Below are positions 42,384 to 52,589 of a DNA stretch of 64,000 nucleotides, one piece after another (the first letter of the stretch is position 1; each line of letters starts with the position of its first letter). The position numbers were made by a program, and so were the translations under genes. The notes below the pieces were generated by a model. The model ran no database searches and was not told the DNA's origin. It saw only the letters and a program-made list of their open reading frames with translations. This DNA comes from Abditibacterium sp. (GTDB lineage Bacteria; Armatimonadota; Abditibacteriia; Abditibacteriales; Abditibacteriaceae), in assembly GCA_965199495.1 (NCBI GenBank), contig CBDASK010000003.1, positions 288,001-352,000 on the forward strand. The letters run 5' to 3'.

Positions 42384-43931
42384 ATGCAAGCCATCTCCAA
42401 CGAAACCATTATCGTCCTCGATTTCGGGGCGCAATACGCGCAACTCATCGCGCGCAAAGTCCGCGCGTGCCGCGTTTACTGCGAAATCATGCCGCACGAC
42501 GCCACGCTCGAAGATATTTTGGCGCGTAACCCACAAGGTATCATTTTTTCGGGCGGGCCATCTTCGGTCTACGAAGTCGAGGCACCGCAATGCGCCGAAG
42601 GATTGTTCCATTGCGGCGTGCCGATTTTGGGCATTTGCTACGGGCATCAAGTCATGGCGCACATGATGGGCGGGACGGTGACGCCCGCCGACCGTCGCGA
42701 ATTTGGCAAAACCGAACTGCAAGTCGCGCCCGATGCGCTGCTCTACGACGGACTCAATCGCAAACTGCAATGCTGGATGAGCCACGGCGACCTCGTCATT
42801 GAGCCGCCGCCCGGTTTCGTTTCGACCGCCAAAACAGTTTCGACGCCCGTGGCTTCGATGGCCAACGTCGAGAAGAAGCTCTACGGAGTGCAGTATCATC
42901 CCGAAGTGACGCATACGCCCTGGGGCATCGAAATTATTCGCAATTTTTTGTATAGCGTTTGCGAATGTTCGGGCAACTGGACGATGGAAAACTTCGTCGA
43001 AACCGAATCGAAGCGCATTCGCGAAATCGTCGGCGATGGAAGGGTTTTGTGCGCTTTGTCCGGCGGCGTTGACTCCGCCGTGGCTGCTGTTTTGTTGCAT
43101 CACGCGATTGGTTCGCAGTTGACGTGTCTGTTCGTCAATCACGGCTTTTTGCGCAAGAACGAAGCGGAAGAAGTTTGTGAGGCGTTCACCACCCGATACT
43201 CCGATATTCAATTTGAATATGTGGACGCCTCGGCGCGATTTATTAAAATGATGGAAGGCGTGACGGCGCCCGAAGAGAAACGCGTCAAAATCGGCAACGA
43301 GTTCGTGGCGACGTTCGAGCGCGAACTCAAGCGCATCGGGCATCACGATTTTCTGGCGCAGGGCACGCTCTATCCCGACGTTATCGAATCGGGTTCGGGC
43401 AAAGCCGCGAAAATCAAAACGCATCACAACGTCGGAGGCTTGCCCGAAGATATGGAGTTCAAGCTGATCGAACCGTTTCGCACTTTATTCAAAGATGAAG
43501 TGCGCGCATTGGGCGAAGAGTTGGGCTTGCCGTCGGAAATGGTGTGGCGCCAACCGTTTCCCGGCCCCGGATTAGCAATTCGCATTATCGGCGAAGTGAC
43601 GCCCGAACGTTTGGAAGTGTTGCGCGAAGCCGACCATATTTTGATTGACGAGATTAAACGCGCCGGATTGTATCGGCAGATTTGGCAGTGTTTCGCGGCG
43701 CTCTTGCCCACGGTAAACTCAGTCGGTGTGATGGGCGATCAACGGACTTACGCGCATCCGGTCGTGGTGCGCGCGGTGACGAGCGAAGACGGTATGACCA
43801 GCGATTGGGCGCGCATGCCGTACGAAGTTTTGGAGACGATTTCCAATCGCATCGTCAACGAAGTGAGCGGCGTCAATCGCGTGGTTTACGACGTGACGAG
43901 CAAGCCACCGGCGACGATTGAGTGGGAATAG
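42384..43931 (+). CDS. guaA: GMP synthase (glutamine-hydrolysing)
   Basis: [36 protein letters not shown]. Confidence 0.98.
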   Translation: MQAISNETIIVLDFGAQYAQLIARKVRACRVYCEIMPHDATLEDILARNPQGIIFSGGPSSVYEVEAPQCAEGLFHCGVPILGICYGHQVMAHMMGGTVTPADRREFGKTELQVAPDALLYDGLNRKLQCWMSHGDLVIEPPPGFVSTAKTVSTPVASMANVEKKLYGVQYHPEVTHTPWGIEIIRNFLYSVCECSGNWTMENFVETESKRIREIVGDGRVLCALSGGVDSAVAAVLLHHAIGSQLTCLFVNHGFLRKNEAEEVCEAFTTRYSDIQFEYVDASARFIKMMEGVTAPEEKRVKIGNEFVATFERELKRIGHHDFLAQGTLYPDVIESGSGKAAKIKTHHNVGGLPEDMEFKLIEPFRTLFKDEVRALGEELGLPSEMVWRQPFPGPGLAIRIIGEVTPERLEVLREADHILIDEIKRAGLYRQIWQCFAALLPTVNSVGVMGDQRTYAHPVVVRAVTSEDGMTSDWARMPYEVLETISNRIVNEVSGVNRVVYDVTSKPPATIEWE

Positions 43932-43934
43932 GTT

Positions 43935-44181
43935 TTTGGTTTAGTTTATGGCGATTCCTTGTTTGGGGAGAGCGATGACTGTTGCCCCTCACCCCAGCCC
44001 TCTCCCACAGGAGAGGGAGCCACCTGCCCCAAAGTCTTCGTCGCTTCAACTGTCTTTGAAAGAGAGTTCAAAACCACAATAATTTCTTGCGAGTGGCTCC
44101 CTCTCCTGTGGGAGAGGGCTGGGGTGAGGGGCAACAGTCATCGCTCTCCCCAAACAAGGAATCGCCATAAACTAAACCAAA
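43935..44181. repeat. Perfect 89-bp inverted repeat with BoxC-like core and 69-nt spacer
   Basis: 43935-44023 is the exact reverse complement of 44093-44181; core CCCCTCACCCCAGCCCTCTCCCACAGGAGAGGG. Confidence 0.92.
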
Positions 44182-44199
44182 TTTAATCAAACCAAAACC

Positions 44200-44544
44200 A
44201 TGTCCCATATGATCGAGCGCGCCCGCGAATTGCGCCAAACGCAAACGCCTTACGAAGCGAAATTGTGGAAACTGTTGCGCAACCGCCAACTCGATGGCAC
44301 TAAATTTCGCCGTCAAGTTCCAATCGGCCCTTACTTCGCTGATTTCGCTTGCATCAAAGAAAAGCTCGTCATTGAACTCGACGGCAGCAGCCACGTCGGA
44401 CGCGAAGAACATGACGGCGAACGAGATGCGTTTTTACACAACGACGGCTGGCGCACAATTCGCATTCTCAATCGCGATTTGATGCGCAACGCAGACGGCG
44501 TGTGGCAAACAATTGAACAAATTTTAGAGGAGAAAAAACAATGA
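44200..44544 (+). CDS. DUF559 / Vsr-like PD-(D/E)xK endonuclease
   Basis: ARELR..QT..E..LW..LR, KFRRQVPIGPYFADF, IELDGSSH, D.ERDAFL...GW. Confidence 0.9.
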   Translation: MSHMIERARELRQTQTPYEAKLWKLLRNRQLDGTKFRRQVPIGPYFADFACIKEKLVIELDGSSHVGREEHDGERDAFLHNDGWRTIRILNRDLMRNADGVWQTIEQILEEKKQ

Positions 44545-44789
44545 CTACCGGACACGAAGATGATGTTTTGGCCGCCCTGCGGCAGACCGTTGAAGAGCAA
44601 ATTCGCGCCGCCAACGATGGCGAGAACAATGAACCTTTGCTCATTCAAGGCGCCTCCGCCGAGGAGAATTTGGCGCGCGTTGTGCAGAGCCATCTGCACT
44701 TGCAACAGGAAGTCGCCTTGCTGCGCACCGTGATGCTCAAACTGATTTCGCAGCCGATTGAGTTCGAGAAGTCAGACGCGCACCGTTAA
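44541..44789 (+). CDS. Small hypothetical coiled-coil protein
   Basis: ATGA overlap with the DUF559 gene; GAGGAG RBS. Confidence 0.65.
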   Translation: MTTGHEDDVLAALRQTVEEQIRAANDGENNEPLLIQGASAEENLARVVQSHLHLQQEVALLRTVMLKLISQPIEFEKSDAHR

Positions 44790-44816
44790 AGCGCATCGTT
44801 AGTTTTGACCTGAAAT

Positions 44817-45416
44817 ATGTCACTTACCTCTCAACCATTTCGTCCGCACTCGCTCGACGGTGATATTCATCCGTCCGAAGCCGATGTCGAATCGATTCTG
44901 CTGACGCCCGAACAGATCGCGGCGCGCGTCGCCGAAATGGGCGCTCAAATTTCGCGCGATTACGAAGGTAAAGACCCGGTTTTTGTGTCGGTTCTGGTCG
45001 GCGCCGCCATCTTCACCTCTGATTTGCTGCGTCAAATTACCATTCCCTGCTCGCTTGATTTCATCGCGATTTCGAGTTACGGCAAGGAGACGCGCTCGTC
45101 GGGCGTCGTGCGCATGATGAAAGATTTGGACGAAAGCATCGAAAGCCGCCACGTTATTATTCTCGAAGATATTATTGATACCGGCCTGACGCTGAACTAT
45201 TTGCTCGATAACATCCGCAATCGCAACGTCGCTTCGGTGCGCGTGGCTGCTCTGCTCGACAAGCCATCGCGCCGCCTGACGGACGTGAAAGTGGATTACA
45301 TCGGCTTTGAAGTGCCCGACGAGTTTGTTATCGGTTACGGATTGGATTTCGCCCAGCGTTACCGTAATTTCCCCTATGTCGGAGTGTTGCGCCCCGAAGT
45401 TTACGGCGGCAAATAG
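44817..45416 (+). CDS. hpt: Hypoxanthine phosphoribosyltransferase
   Basis: ISSYG, ILEDIIDTGLT, FVIGYGLD. Confidence 0.95.
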   Translation: MSLTSQPFRPHSLDGDIHPSEADVESILLTPEQIAARVAEMGAQISRDYEGKDPVFVSVLVGAAIFTSDLLRQITIPCSLDFIAISSYGKETRSSGVVRMMKDLDESIESRHVIILEDIIDTGLTLNYLLDNIRNRNVASVRVAALLDKPSRRLTDVKVDYIGFEVPDEFVIGYGLDFAQRYRNFPYVGVLRPEVYGGK

Positions 45417-45434
45417 TTAAATTGTAGCCCCGCG

Positions 45435-45463
45435 TTTACAGCGAGGGCGCAAAATTGTAGACT
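45435..45463 (+). promoter_or_regulatory. rho promoter TTTACA-N17-TAGACT (extended TG)
   Basis: Near-consensus boxes about 350 nt upstream of rho. Confidence 0.65.
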
Positions 45464-45817
45464 GTCGCGCTGTTCCAACTCCCCGCCCCTATTTGAAAGC
45501 GTTCGCGGTTTAATTCCTTTTAATTATTCCGGCGCGGGCCGAGTTCATTTCGTTGAAAGTTTTCCATCCGTCGTTTTTAGTTGCTAATTCGCGTTTCGCG
45601 AGTTTCATCGCACGCAAGAGCGTTTGAAATTTCAGTTTGAGCCAACGCTTGAACGGAGTTTTTGCGTTCACCTCGTCAAAAATCCGCACTTAATTCGTTT
45701 CGTCCGCGCGTTTTCCTACCAATTCACGCTTTCGCTTTTCATAGCATAAAATTTGGTTTTTCAACGCCATTTCCCATTTCTCCCCACAAATAAACGCGTC
45801 CTGCGTTTGAGGTTTTC

Positions 45818-48097
45818 ATGATCGAAGAAGTCACCGAACTTGCTGGCGACACGTCCACAAGGACGCTCGCCCCCACCGAAGCCACCGACACCGCCAGCGA
45901 AGGCGCGTCCGCCGAAAAGCCCAAGCGCCGTCGCGTCACCAAGAAAAGCGCCGACGCCGAATTGCCCCTCGAAGGTGTCGAAACCGACGCGAGCGCCGAA
46001 GCCAAACCCAAACGCGCCCCGCGCAAAAAGAAAACCGACGAAGCCGCGCCCGCAAAGGTTGAACCCACAAACGCCGACGAAGCCGCGCCTGCCAAACCCA
46101 AACGCGTGACACGAGCCAAAAAAGTCGCGGAGCCAACAGACGAAGTTCAAAATCCCGCTCCAGTTGAACAAACGGCATCCAATGCTCCGGCCTCTTTTCA
46201 GGTCGCGCCCGCCGTAGCGATGGGTAGCTTTACGCCCGCGCCCGCAGCGCCAGTTGAACGCGAAGAGAATCGCGAAGTTTCGACGCGCGCGCGCCGAACC
46301 CATCGCGACGACGATGTAGCCACGGCGCCCGGTAACGAGGCGCCGAGCAATGGCGAGAGTAGCGCGCCAGCCGAAAACAACGAAAATGCGAACACCGAAA
46401 ATCGCGGCGAAAACGCTGACGACGATGATTTTCGCAACAGCCGATTAAGTTATCGCGACCGTCGCGCGATGCGCCGCGAACAACGCATCGTTTCTCGTTC
46501 AGGCCGCGAAGAAGGCGAAACTGTCACGGGCGAAACGAACGGTGAAGCGCGCGCGCCACGCCCGCGCGAAGAGCGCGATGACCGTCCCAATAATCGCGAC
46601 AACGATAACCGCGATAATCGGGGCGAGCGCAGTAATCGCGATAATAACAATCGCAACGACCGCAACAATCGCGGCGACAATCGTAACGACCGTAATAATC
46701 GTGGTGATAACCGCAATAATCGTAACGACAACCGGAACGACCGCAATAATCGCAATGACCGCGAACCTCGTGAAGCCCGCGAATTACGCGAGCCGCGCGA
46801 CAATCGGCGCGAGCGCAACGGCAGTCGTGGGCGCGAATACGATTTGCCGCAGCTTCAAGAAATGGATGGCGAGGCTTTGATGGCCGTCGTCGCCGAGTTG
46901 AATATGGAAGCGGCGCCCGGCGAAAAAGACGCGTTGATTTACGCGATTTTGGAAGCGCAGGCGGGCGCGCAAAATGCGATCCTGAAAAAAGGGATTTTGG
47001 AGATTTTGAACGACGGCAAAGGCTTTTTGCGGTGCGAAAATTATTATCCCAGCGAAGGCGATGTCTACGTCTCGCAAACCCAGATCAAACGTTTCGGCCT
47101 CAAAACTGGCGACGAAGTTCTGGGCACGGCGCGCGTGCCCAAGGAAAACGAGCGTTATCACGGTTTGTTGCGCGTCGAATCTATCAACGGATTGAGCATC
47201 GAAGAATCGCGCGGGCGCCTCAATTTCGAGAAGCTAACGCCGATTTTCCCGACCGAACGGTTCTCGATGGAAACCGAGCCGGGCAACATTACGGCGCGCA
47301 TCATTGACTTGATTTCGCCAATTGGCAAAGGTCAGCGCGGCTTGATCGTGGCGCCGCCCAAAGCGGGCAAAACGACGCTGATTAAAAATATCGCCAACTC
47401 GATTACCGAAAATAATCCCGAAGTTTTGCTGTTCGTTTTGCTGATTGACGAGCGCCCCGAAGAAGTCACCGATTTGTCGCGCAGCGTGCGCGGCGAGGTC
47501 GTGGCTTCGACGTTCGACGAAGTGCCGGAAAACCATATTCGCGTTTCCGACATCGTGATGGAACGCGCTAAACGTCTGGTCGAAATGGGCCACGATGTCG
47601 TGGTTTTGATGGACTCGATTACGCGTTTGTCGCGTGCCTCGAACTTGGTCGTTTCGCCGTCGGGCCGCACCATGAGCGGCGGTTTGGATCCGGCGGCGAT
47701 GTATAAGCCCAAGCGTCATTTTGGCGCCGCGCGCAACATCGAAAACGGCGGCTCGCTGACGATGCTCGCCACGGTTTTGGTGGACACTGGCTCGCGCATG
47801 GACGATTATATTTTCGAGGAACTCAAGGGCACCGGCAACCTCGATTTGGTTTTGGACAGAGATTTGTTCAACCAGCGCATTTTCCCGGCGATTGACATCA
47901 ACCGCAGCGGCACGCGCCGCGACGATTTGCTGCTCAACAAAGAGGAACTGGCCGCGACCTTCCATCTGCGCCGCACGCTCGCCGCCCTCGATAACGACAA
48001 AGCCGTGATGCTGTTGATTGATCGGTTGAAAAACACCAAGTCGAACGCCGATTTCATGGAAGTCGTGGCGAAATCGCAGCGCAATCAACCGGCGTAA
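45818..48097 (+). CDS. rho: Transcription termination factor Rho with long disordered N-terminus
   Basis: DVYVSQTQI, PIGKGQR, APPKAGKT, DERPEEVT, RIFPAID. Confidence 0.97.
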   Translation: MIEEVTELAGDTSTRTLAPTEATDTASEGASAEKPKRRRVTKKSADAELPLEGVETDASAEAKPKRAPRKKKTDEAAPAKVEPTNADEAAPAKPKRVTRAKKVAEPTDEVQNPAPVEQTASNAPASFQVAPAVAMGSFTPAPAAPVEREENREVSTRARRTHRDDDVATAPGNEAPSNGESSAPAENNENANTENRGENADDDDFRNSRLSYRDRRAMRREQRIVSRSGREEGETVTGETNGEARAPRPREERDDRPNNRDNDNRDNRGERSNRDNNNRNDRNNRGDNRNDRNNRGDNRNNRNDNRNDRNNRNDREPREARELREPRDNRRERNGSRGREYDLPQLQEMDGEALMAVVAELNMEAAPGEKDALIYAILEAQAGAQNAILKKGILEILNDGKGFLRCENYYPSEGDVYVSQTQIKRFGLKTGDEVLGTARVPKENERYHGLLRVESINGLSIEESRGRLNFEKLTPIFPTERFSMETEPGNITARIIDLISPIGKGQRGLIVAPPKAGKTTLIKNIANSITENNPEVLLFVLLIDERPEEVTDLSRSVRGEVVASTFDEVPENHIRVSDIVMERAKRLVEMGHDVVVLMDSITRLSRASNLVVSPSGRTMSGGLDPAAMYKPKRHFGAARNIENGGSLTMLATVLVDTGSRMDDYIFEELKGTGNLDLVLDRDLFNQRIFPAIDINRSGTRRDDLLLNKEELAATFHLRRTLAALDNDKAVMLLIDRLKNTKSNADFMEVVAKSQRNQPA

Positions 48098-48115
48098 ACA
48101 CGTCCACCGAGAACG

Positions 48116-48148
48116 AAAAAAGGCACGCGAAAATCGCGTGCCTTTTTT
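48116..48148 (+). terminator. Intrinsic terminator after rho
   Basis: AAAAAAGGCACGCGA-AAA-TCGCGTGCCTTTTTT. Confidence 0.85.
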
Positions 48149-48186
48149 CGTTCATGATGCGCCACTTATAAGTAAACTCAGATTTC

Positions 48187-49845
48187 ATGTGGCAACGATT
48201 CACCGAGCGCTCGCGGCGCGTTATTCTGCTCGCTCAGGAAGAAGCCGGAAAAATGAATTCCGGCCATGTCGGAACCGAACATTTATTGCTGGGTTTGGCG
48301 CGCGAAAACGAAGGCATCGCCGCGCAGGTTTTGGTCAAAATGGGCGTCTCGCTCGCCAAAGTGCGGGCAGAAATCGAAGGAGAAGTCCAATCCGCCCACG
48401 ACCCGACGGCGGGCGAGCCGAAACTGACGCCCAAAGCCAAACGCGTGTTGGAACTGGCCGCAGACGAAGCGCGCCGGATGAAGCACAATTATATCGGCAC
48501 AGAGCATTTATTACTGGCGCTCTTGCGCGAAAAAGACGGTTTGGCCGCCACAGTTTTGCGCCGTCTGGGCCTTAATCTGGAAAAGGCACGCGCGCAGGTC
48601 ATGGAATATCTCGTCCCAGATCGTCCTGAATTAGCAGCGGCGAATCCGTTCGGCGAAGAACGCGGCCAACTCGCTGGAAGCATGAGTTGGACGAGTTACG
48701 CTGATCGCGCCCGGCGCGCGGTTTTGTTGGCGCAGGAAGAGGCTTTGCGATTGCAATCGAGCCACGTCGGAAGCGAGCATTTGCTGGTGGGTTTATTGGT
48801 CGAAGGCGACGGCGTGGCTGCTCACGCGCTCCGACATTTGGGCGTCGAATTGGAAACCGTGCGGCCACTCATCGAGGTGGAAAGCGAATGGGCGCCGCTT
48901 GCGGTGAGTGAACCCAAACTCACGCCCGAAGCCAAGCGCATTTTGGAGTTCGCCGTCGTCGAGGCGCGTCGCTTTCGGCGCGCGACCGTCGGCACCGAAC
49001 ATTTGTTGCTGGCGCTGATGAACGAAGAAAACGGAACGGGCGCCGCGATTTTGCGCGAATTAGGCGTTGATTTGCACGAAGCGCGCGCGATAGTTTTCGA
49101 TTTTGCTGGGCCAGTCGAAGCGCCGCCCGACCCGCTCGAACTCGCGCGCGAAGAGCAGCCACGGCCAACGCAGCGCGGGCGCGAAGACAAACCCGCGCTG
49201 TGGAAACGGCTCGATGACGACGCCAAACGCGCGCTCCAATTCGCACAGCAAGAAGCGGCTTTGCGGCGTTACGCCAATGTCGGCAGCGAACACATTTTGC
49301 TCGGATTATTGGCCGCAGAGCAAAGCGTCGCCGCGCAATTGCTGCACGCGCGCGGGATTTTTCTGCCGCAACTGCGCGCGCACATCAAAACTCGCGTGCC
49401 CGATGGAAACGATGTCGTGACAGACGAAGCGCAGTTCGATGATAAAGCGCTCGAACTTTTGAAGCGCGCCGCCGCCGAAGCCAAAGGTATGGGACACAAT
49501 GCTATCGGCACCGAGCATTTGTTGCTGGCTTTGTTGAGCGATAAAAGCAGCATTGCGGCGCAAATCGTCGCGCAATTAATAGACGAAGCGAACGATTTGG
49601 AAGCGCGCCTCAACGCGCGCTTGGCGCCCGCGACCGAGTTCGCGCAGGTCTCGCCCAGGTTCGCGCTATCGTCGCAAACGATAAACGTTTTAGAACTCGC
49701 CGCCGCGCAGGCGCATCGCTTGGGCGAGCCGGAAATCACGCCCGAAATTTTGTTCGCCGCTTTGCTAAGAGTGGCCGACGACAAAATGGAAGCGATTCTC
49801 AAACAGGCCAAAAAGAACAACGAAGCGCGCGAAAAAAGCGATTGA
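48187..49845 (+). CDS. Clp N-terminal repeat protein with about 7 repeats and no ATPase domain
   Basis: Six G(T/S)EH(L/I)L motifs plus a degenerate seventh; first 142 aa differ from ClpC at only 11 positions. Confidence 0.9.
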   Translation: MWQRFTERSRRVILLAQEEAGKMNSGHVGTEHLLLGLARENEGIAAQVLVKMGVSLAKVRAEIEGEVQSAHDPTAGEPKLTPKAKRVLELAADEARRMKHNYIGTEHLLLALLREKDGLAATVLRRLGLNLEKARAQVMEYLVPDRPELAAANPFGEERGQLAGSMSWTSYADRARRAVLLAQEEALRLQSSHVGSEHLLVGLLVEGDGVAAHALRHLGVELETVRPLIEVESEWAPLAVSEPKLTPEAKRILEFAVVEARRFRRATVGTEHLLLALMNEENGTGAAILRELGVDLHEARAIVFDFAGPVEAPPDPLELAREEQPRPTQRGREDKPALWKRLDDDAKRALQFAQQEAALRRYANVGSEHILLGLLAAEQSVAAQLLHARGIFLPQLRAHIKTRVPDGNDVVTDEAQFDDKALELLKRAAAEAKGMGHNAIGTEHLLLALLSDKSSIAAQIVAQLIDEANDLEARLNARLAPATEFAQVSPRFALSSQTINVLELAAAQAHRLGEPEITPEILFAALLRVADDKMEAILKQAKKNNEAREKSD

Positions 49846-49868
49846 ATGAACAACCAAAGGAGAAAACT

Positions 49869-50552
49869 ATGTGGCAACGATATACCGAACGCGCGCGGCG
49901 CGTTATCTTGCTGGGTCAGGAAGAGGCCGGAAAGATGAACTCCAGTCACGTCGGCACCGAGCATTTGCTGTTGGGACTCATCAGACATCCCGATTGCAGC
50001 GGCGCGCGCGTGTTGCAGCAAATGAGCGTTTCGCTTGACGGAGTGCGCGAACAGGTTGTCGCCCAAATGGCACCGGCGACGCAGGCTTTCGGCGGCGAGC
50101 CAAAACTCACGCCCAAAGCCAAACGCGTCCTGGAATTGGCCGCCGACGAAGCGCGCCGTTTGCGTCACAATTATATTGGCACCGAACATCTTTTGCTGGC
50201 GCTCTTACGCGAGAAAGATGGTTTGGCGGCGACAGTGCTGCGCCAATTGAACCTCAATCTGGAAAAGGTGCGCTCGCAGGTTACAGAGTATCTCGATGAT
50301 ACCAACGCGCCGATAGCAGCCACGGCGGCGGCCAACGAAAGCGTCGCGCAGTTTCGCGTGGCGCCCGCCGTGCGCGATGCGCTCAATTTGGCGATGCAGG
50401 AAAGCCGAGAAGTGGGCGCGGATCAAATCGAAATCGCTCAATTGCTCCGCGCGCTGTGCCAGCCCGGTAGCGAAGGCGCGCGCTGCTTGGAAGGCCTCGG
50501 CGTGGATGTGCCAAAATTATACGCGAGTTTGCGCGGCGCCCGCAGCGATTAA
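49869..50552 (+). CDS. Clp N-terminal repeat protein with about 3 repeats and no ATPase domain
   Basis: AAGGAG RBS, MWQRYTERARR, two GTEHLLL motifs plus one degenerate repeat. Confidence 0.88.
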   Translation: MWQRYTERARRVILLGQEEAGKMNSSHVGTEHLLLGLIRHPDCSGARVLQQMSVSLDGVREQVVAQMAPATQAFGGEPKLTPKAKRVLELAADEARRLRHNYIGTEHLLLALLREKDGLAATVLRQLNLNLEKVRSQVTEYLDDTNAPIAATAAANESVAQFRVAPAVRDALNLAMQESREVGADQIEIAQLLRALCQPGSEGARCLEGLGVDVPKLYASLRGARSD

Positions 50553-50568
50553 GACGCAAACTATAACG

Positions 50569-51624
50569 ATGAAATTTTTCCTACTCTCAGCCTCAATCAA
50601 CATTCTCGCCGCAATCGCGCAAGCGGCGCCTGCCGCATTACCGGCGCTCGCGCCCAGCGCTCAAATCGCGCCCAAACCATTGAATACCTTCCGAAATCCG
50701 CTCAAAACCAACGGCGCCGATCCGTGTTTGTTCACTTACGACGGCTATTATTACCTCAGTTCGACGACGGCCAGCGATGTGAAACTGCGACGCGCCAAAC
50801 GCATCGGCGAACTGAAAGACGCGCCCGATGTGCAGGTTTGGAAAGACGCTGATCCGGCGCGCGACCGCGATATTTGGGCGCCCGAATTTCATCTGTTCGA
50901 CGCTGGAGACGGCAGTGGCCCGCGTTGGTATTTGTATTACACCGCGTCGGCGGGGCCGGAGCCTTCGCACCGCATGTATGTCGCCCAGAGCGCCGGAATC
51001 GATCCGATGGGGCCATACACGTTCAAGGCCAAACTGCAAACCGACGCCAAAGACGAATTTTATGCCATTGACGGAACCGCCGTTCGTTTGCCCAACGGCC
51101 AACTCATTTTCGCGTGGTGCGGTCGGCCCAGCTCTTACGGTCAGGGCATTTTTATCTCGAAAATGACGAACCCTTGGACTTTAACGGGCGAGCGCACTTC
51201 GCTGGGTGCCGACGGATTTGGTTGTCCGGTCGTGCGCGAAGGGCCAGAGTTTTTGATGCACGGCGACAGGATATTTCTGGTTTATTCGATGTGCGACGCC
51301 TCGACGCCCGACTATCGCATGAGCGCTTTGGTTGGCAACGTTGGTGATGATTTATCGCAAGCCGCTTCGTGGAAACAGTTGCCGCGTTTGCTGATGGCGC
51401 GCGTTGATCAAAACGGAGTGTGGGGGCCGGGCCATAATTTCTTCTTCAAATCGCCCGATGGCACGCAGGATTGGCAAGCCTATCACGCCAAAATCTCGAC
51501 CAACAAAACATTTGGCGACCGTTCGACGCGCGCCGGGCGCATTACGTGGCGCGCCGATGGCACACCCGATTTTGGCATTGCGCCCGCTTACGATACGCCA
51601 ATTGAAGTTCCGTCAGGCGATTAG
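50569..51624 (+). CDS. Exported GH43 glycosidase (arabinofuranosidase-like)
   Basis: NP...GADP, IWAPE, AIDG, EGP, GPGHN. Confidence 0.9.
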   Translation: MKFFLLSASINILAAIAQAAPAALPALAPSAQIAPKPLNTFRNPLKTNGADPCLFTYDGYYYLSSTTASDVKLRRAKRIGELKDAPDVQVWKDADPARDRDIWAPEFHLFDAGDGSGPRWYLYYTASAGPEPSHRMYVAQSAGIDPMGPYTFKAKLQTDAKDEFYAIDGTAVRLPNGQLIFAWCGRPSSYGQGIFISKMTNPWTLTGERTSLGADGFGCPVVREGPEFLMHGDRIFLVYSMCDASTPDYRMSALVGNVGDDLSQAASWKQLPRLLMARVDQNGVWGPGHNFFFKSPDGTQDWQAYHAKISTNKTFGDRSTRAGRITWRADGTPDFGIAPAYDTPIEVPSGD

Positions 51625-51730
51625 CAAGCCGCCGTGGCTGTTGATGGAGCCACGGCGCGCCCAACTTGCAAGTGCGACGGAACGAAAAGGGCATTGAACA
51701 ATCTCATTTTGCCCCTTGTGATATTACAAG

Positions 51731-52339
51731 ATGACGCTTAAAAACAGACGATTCATACTGCTGACAATTGTTGCAGCTCCGCTGCTTTACTTCGGCGCGC
51801 GGGCGCTCTATCTGGAATTTCGACCACAGCCTTGGATACCTGTCATAGACAAAAATTTTGCATTGGCAATATGCCAGAACAACAAGGCTTTTGATGCGCT
51901 GTTTCCCGACGGAAAAATCAGTAAAACTTCGCGATTATGGCTCGTTACCCAGCCAAATGCCAAAGGCGAAGTCGTCGCGTATGCGCTTGACGGAGTGGTT
52001 TACGATCCGCCTACGCCGATAAGTTTTGAAACACCCGCGAACCTCTGGCACGTTCTGAACGAAGACGAACTCCACCAGCGGTTTTCCTTGAAGGGCAACG
52101 ATAGCAAAATTATCGCGCAACAAGAAAATTTCTCCGTCGACTTAAAGTTAGCTGACATCGACAAGGACGCGAAGCCAGAAGTCGTCCTTCACAAGCGTTA
52201 CAGATATAGCAGCACTTACGATTATACCGAAGAGACTTCGTGTGCCTATAATGTCGAGGGCGGCAAAGCTCGTTTTCTGAATTATGGAGAGACATCATCG
52301 GGACGCGGCTTCTTGGATGGACGTTTGAACTTCGACTAA
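51731..52339 (+). CDS. Membrane-anchored hypothetical protein
   Basis: N-terminal TM segment; DIDKDAKPE Ca-loop-like motif. Confidence 0.65.
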   Translation: MTLKNRRFILLTIVAAPLLYFGARALYLEFRPQPWIPVIDKNFALAICQNNKAFDALFPDGKISKTSRLWLVTQPNAKGEVVAYALDGVVYDPPTPISFETPANLWHVLNEDELHQRFSLKGNDSKIIAQQENFSVDLKLADIDKDAKPEVVLHKRYRYSSTYDYTEETSCAYNVEGGKARFLNYGETSSGRGFLDGRLNFD

Positions 52340-52589
52340 AGGCGTTTGGTTTGCCACTTTATACAATGGCGCTCAACGCGACGGAACGAAAAGAGCGTCT
52401 AACAGTCTTTATAGTTACGAAATATCCGGCTTCGCAAAACCATTCGAGTCGGATTTTTTGTTGTTACAATTCCCCCAACTTTTTAGTGAATTTCGGCGTT
52501 TACCCGATTGCGAAAACAATCGGAAACACAGCGCCGTTATGATGAGTTAGGCGGGTTAAAATTCACACCAAAGGATAATACCCAAATTT

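Noticed and set aside
43946..44186. ORFs over palindromic elements (also 10722-10931 and 29918-30160)
   Set aside because: Translations of repeat DNA (PSPQPSP-type), not credible proteins
46585..46760. Tandem repeat as possible CRISPR array
   Set aside because: Degenerate coding repeat inside rho with no constant repeat and unique spacers; no cas genes in the window
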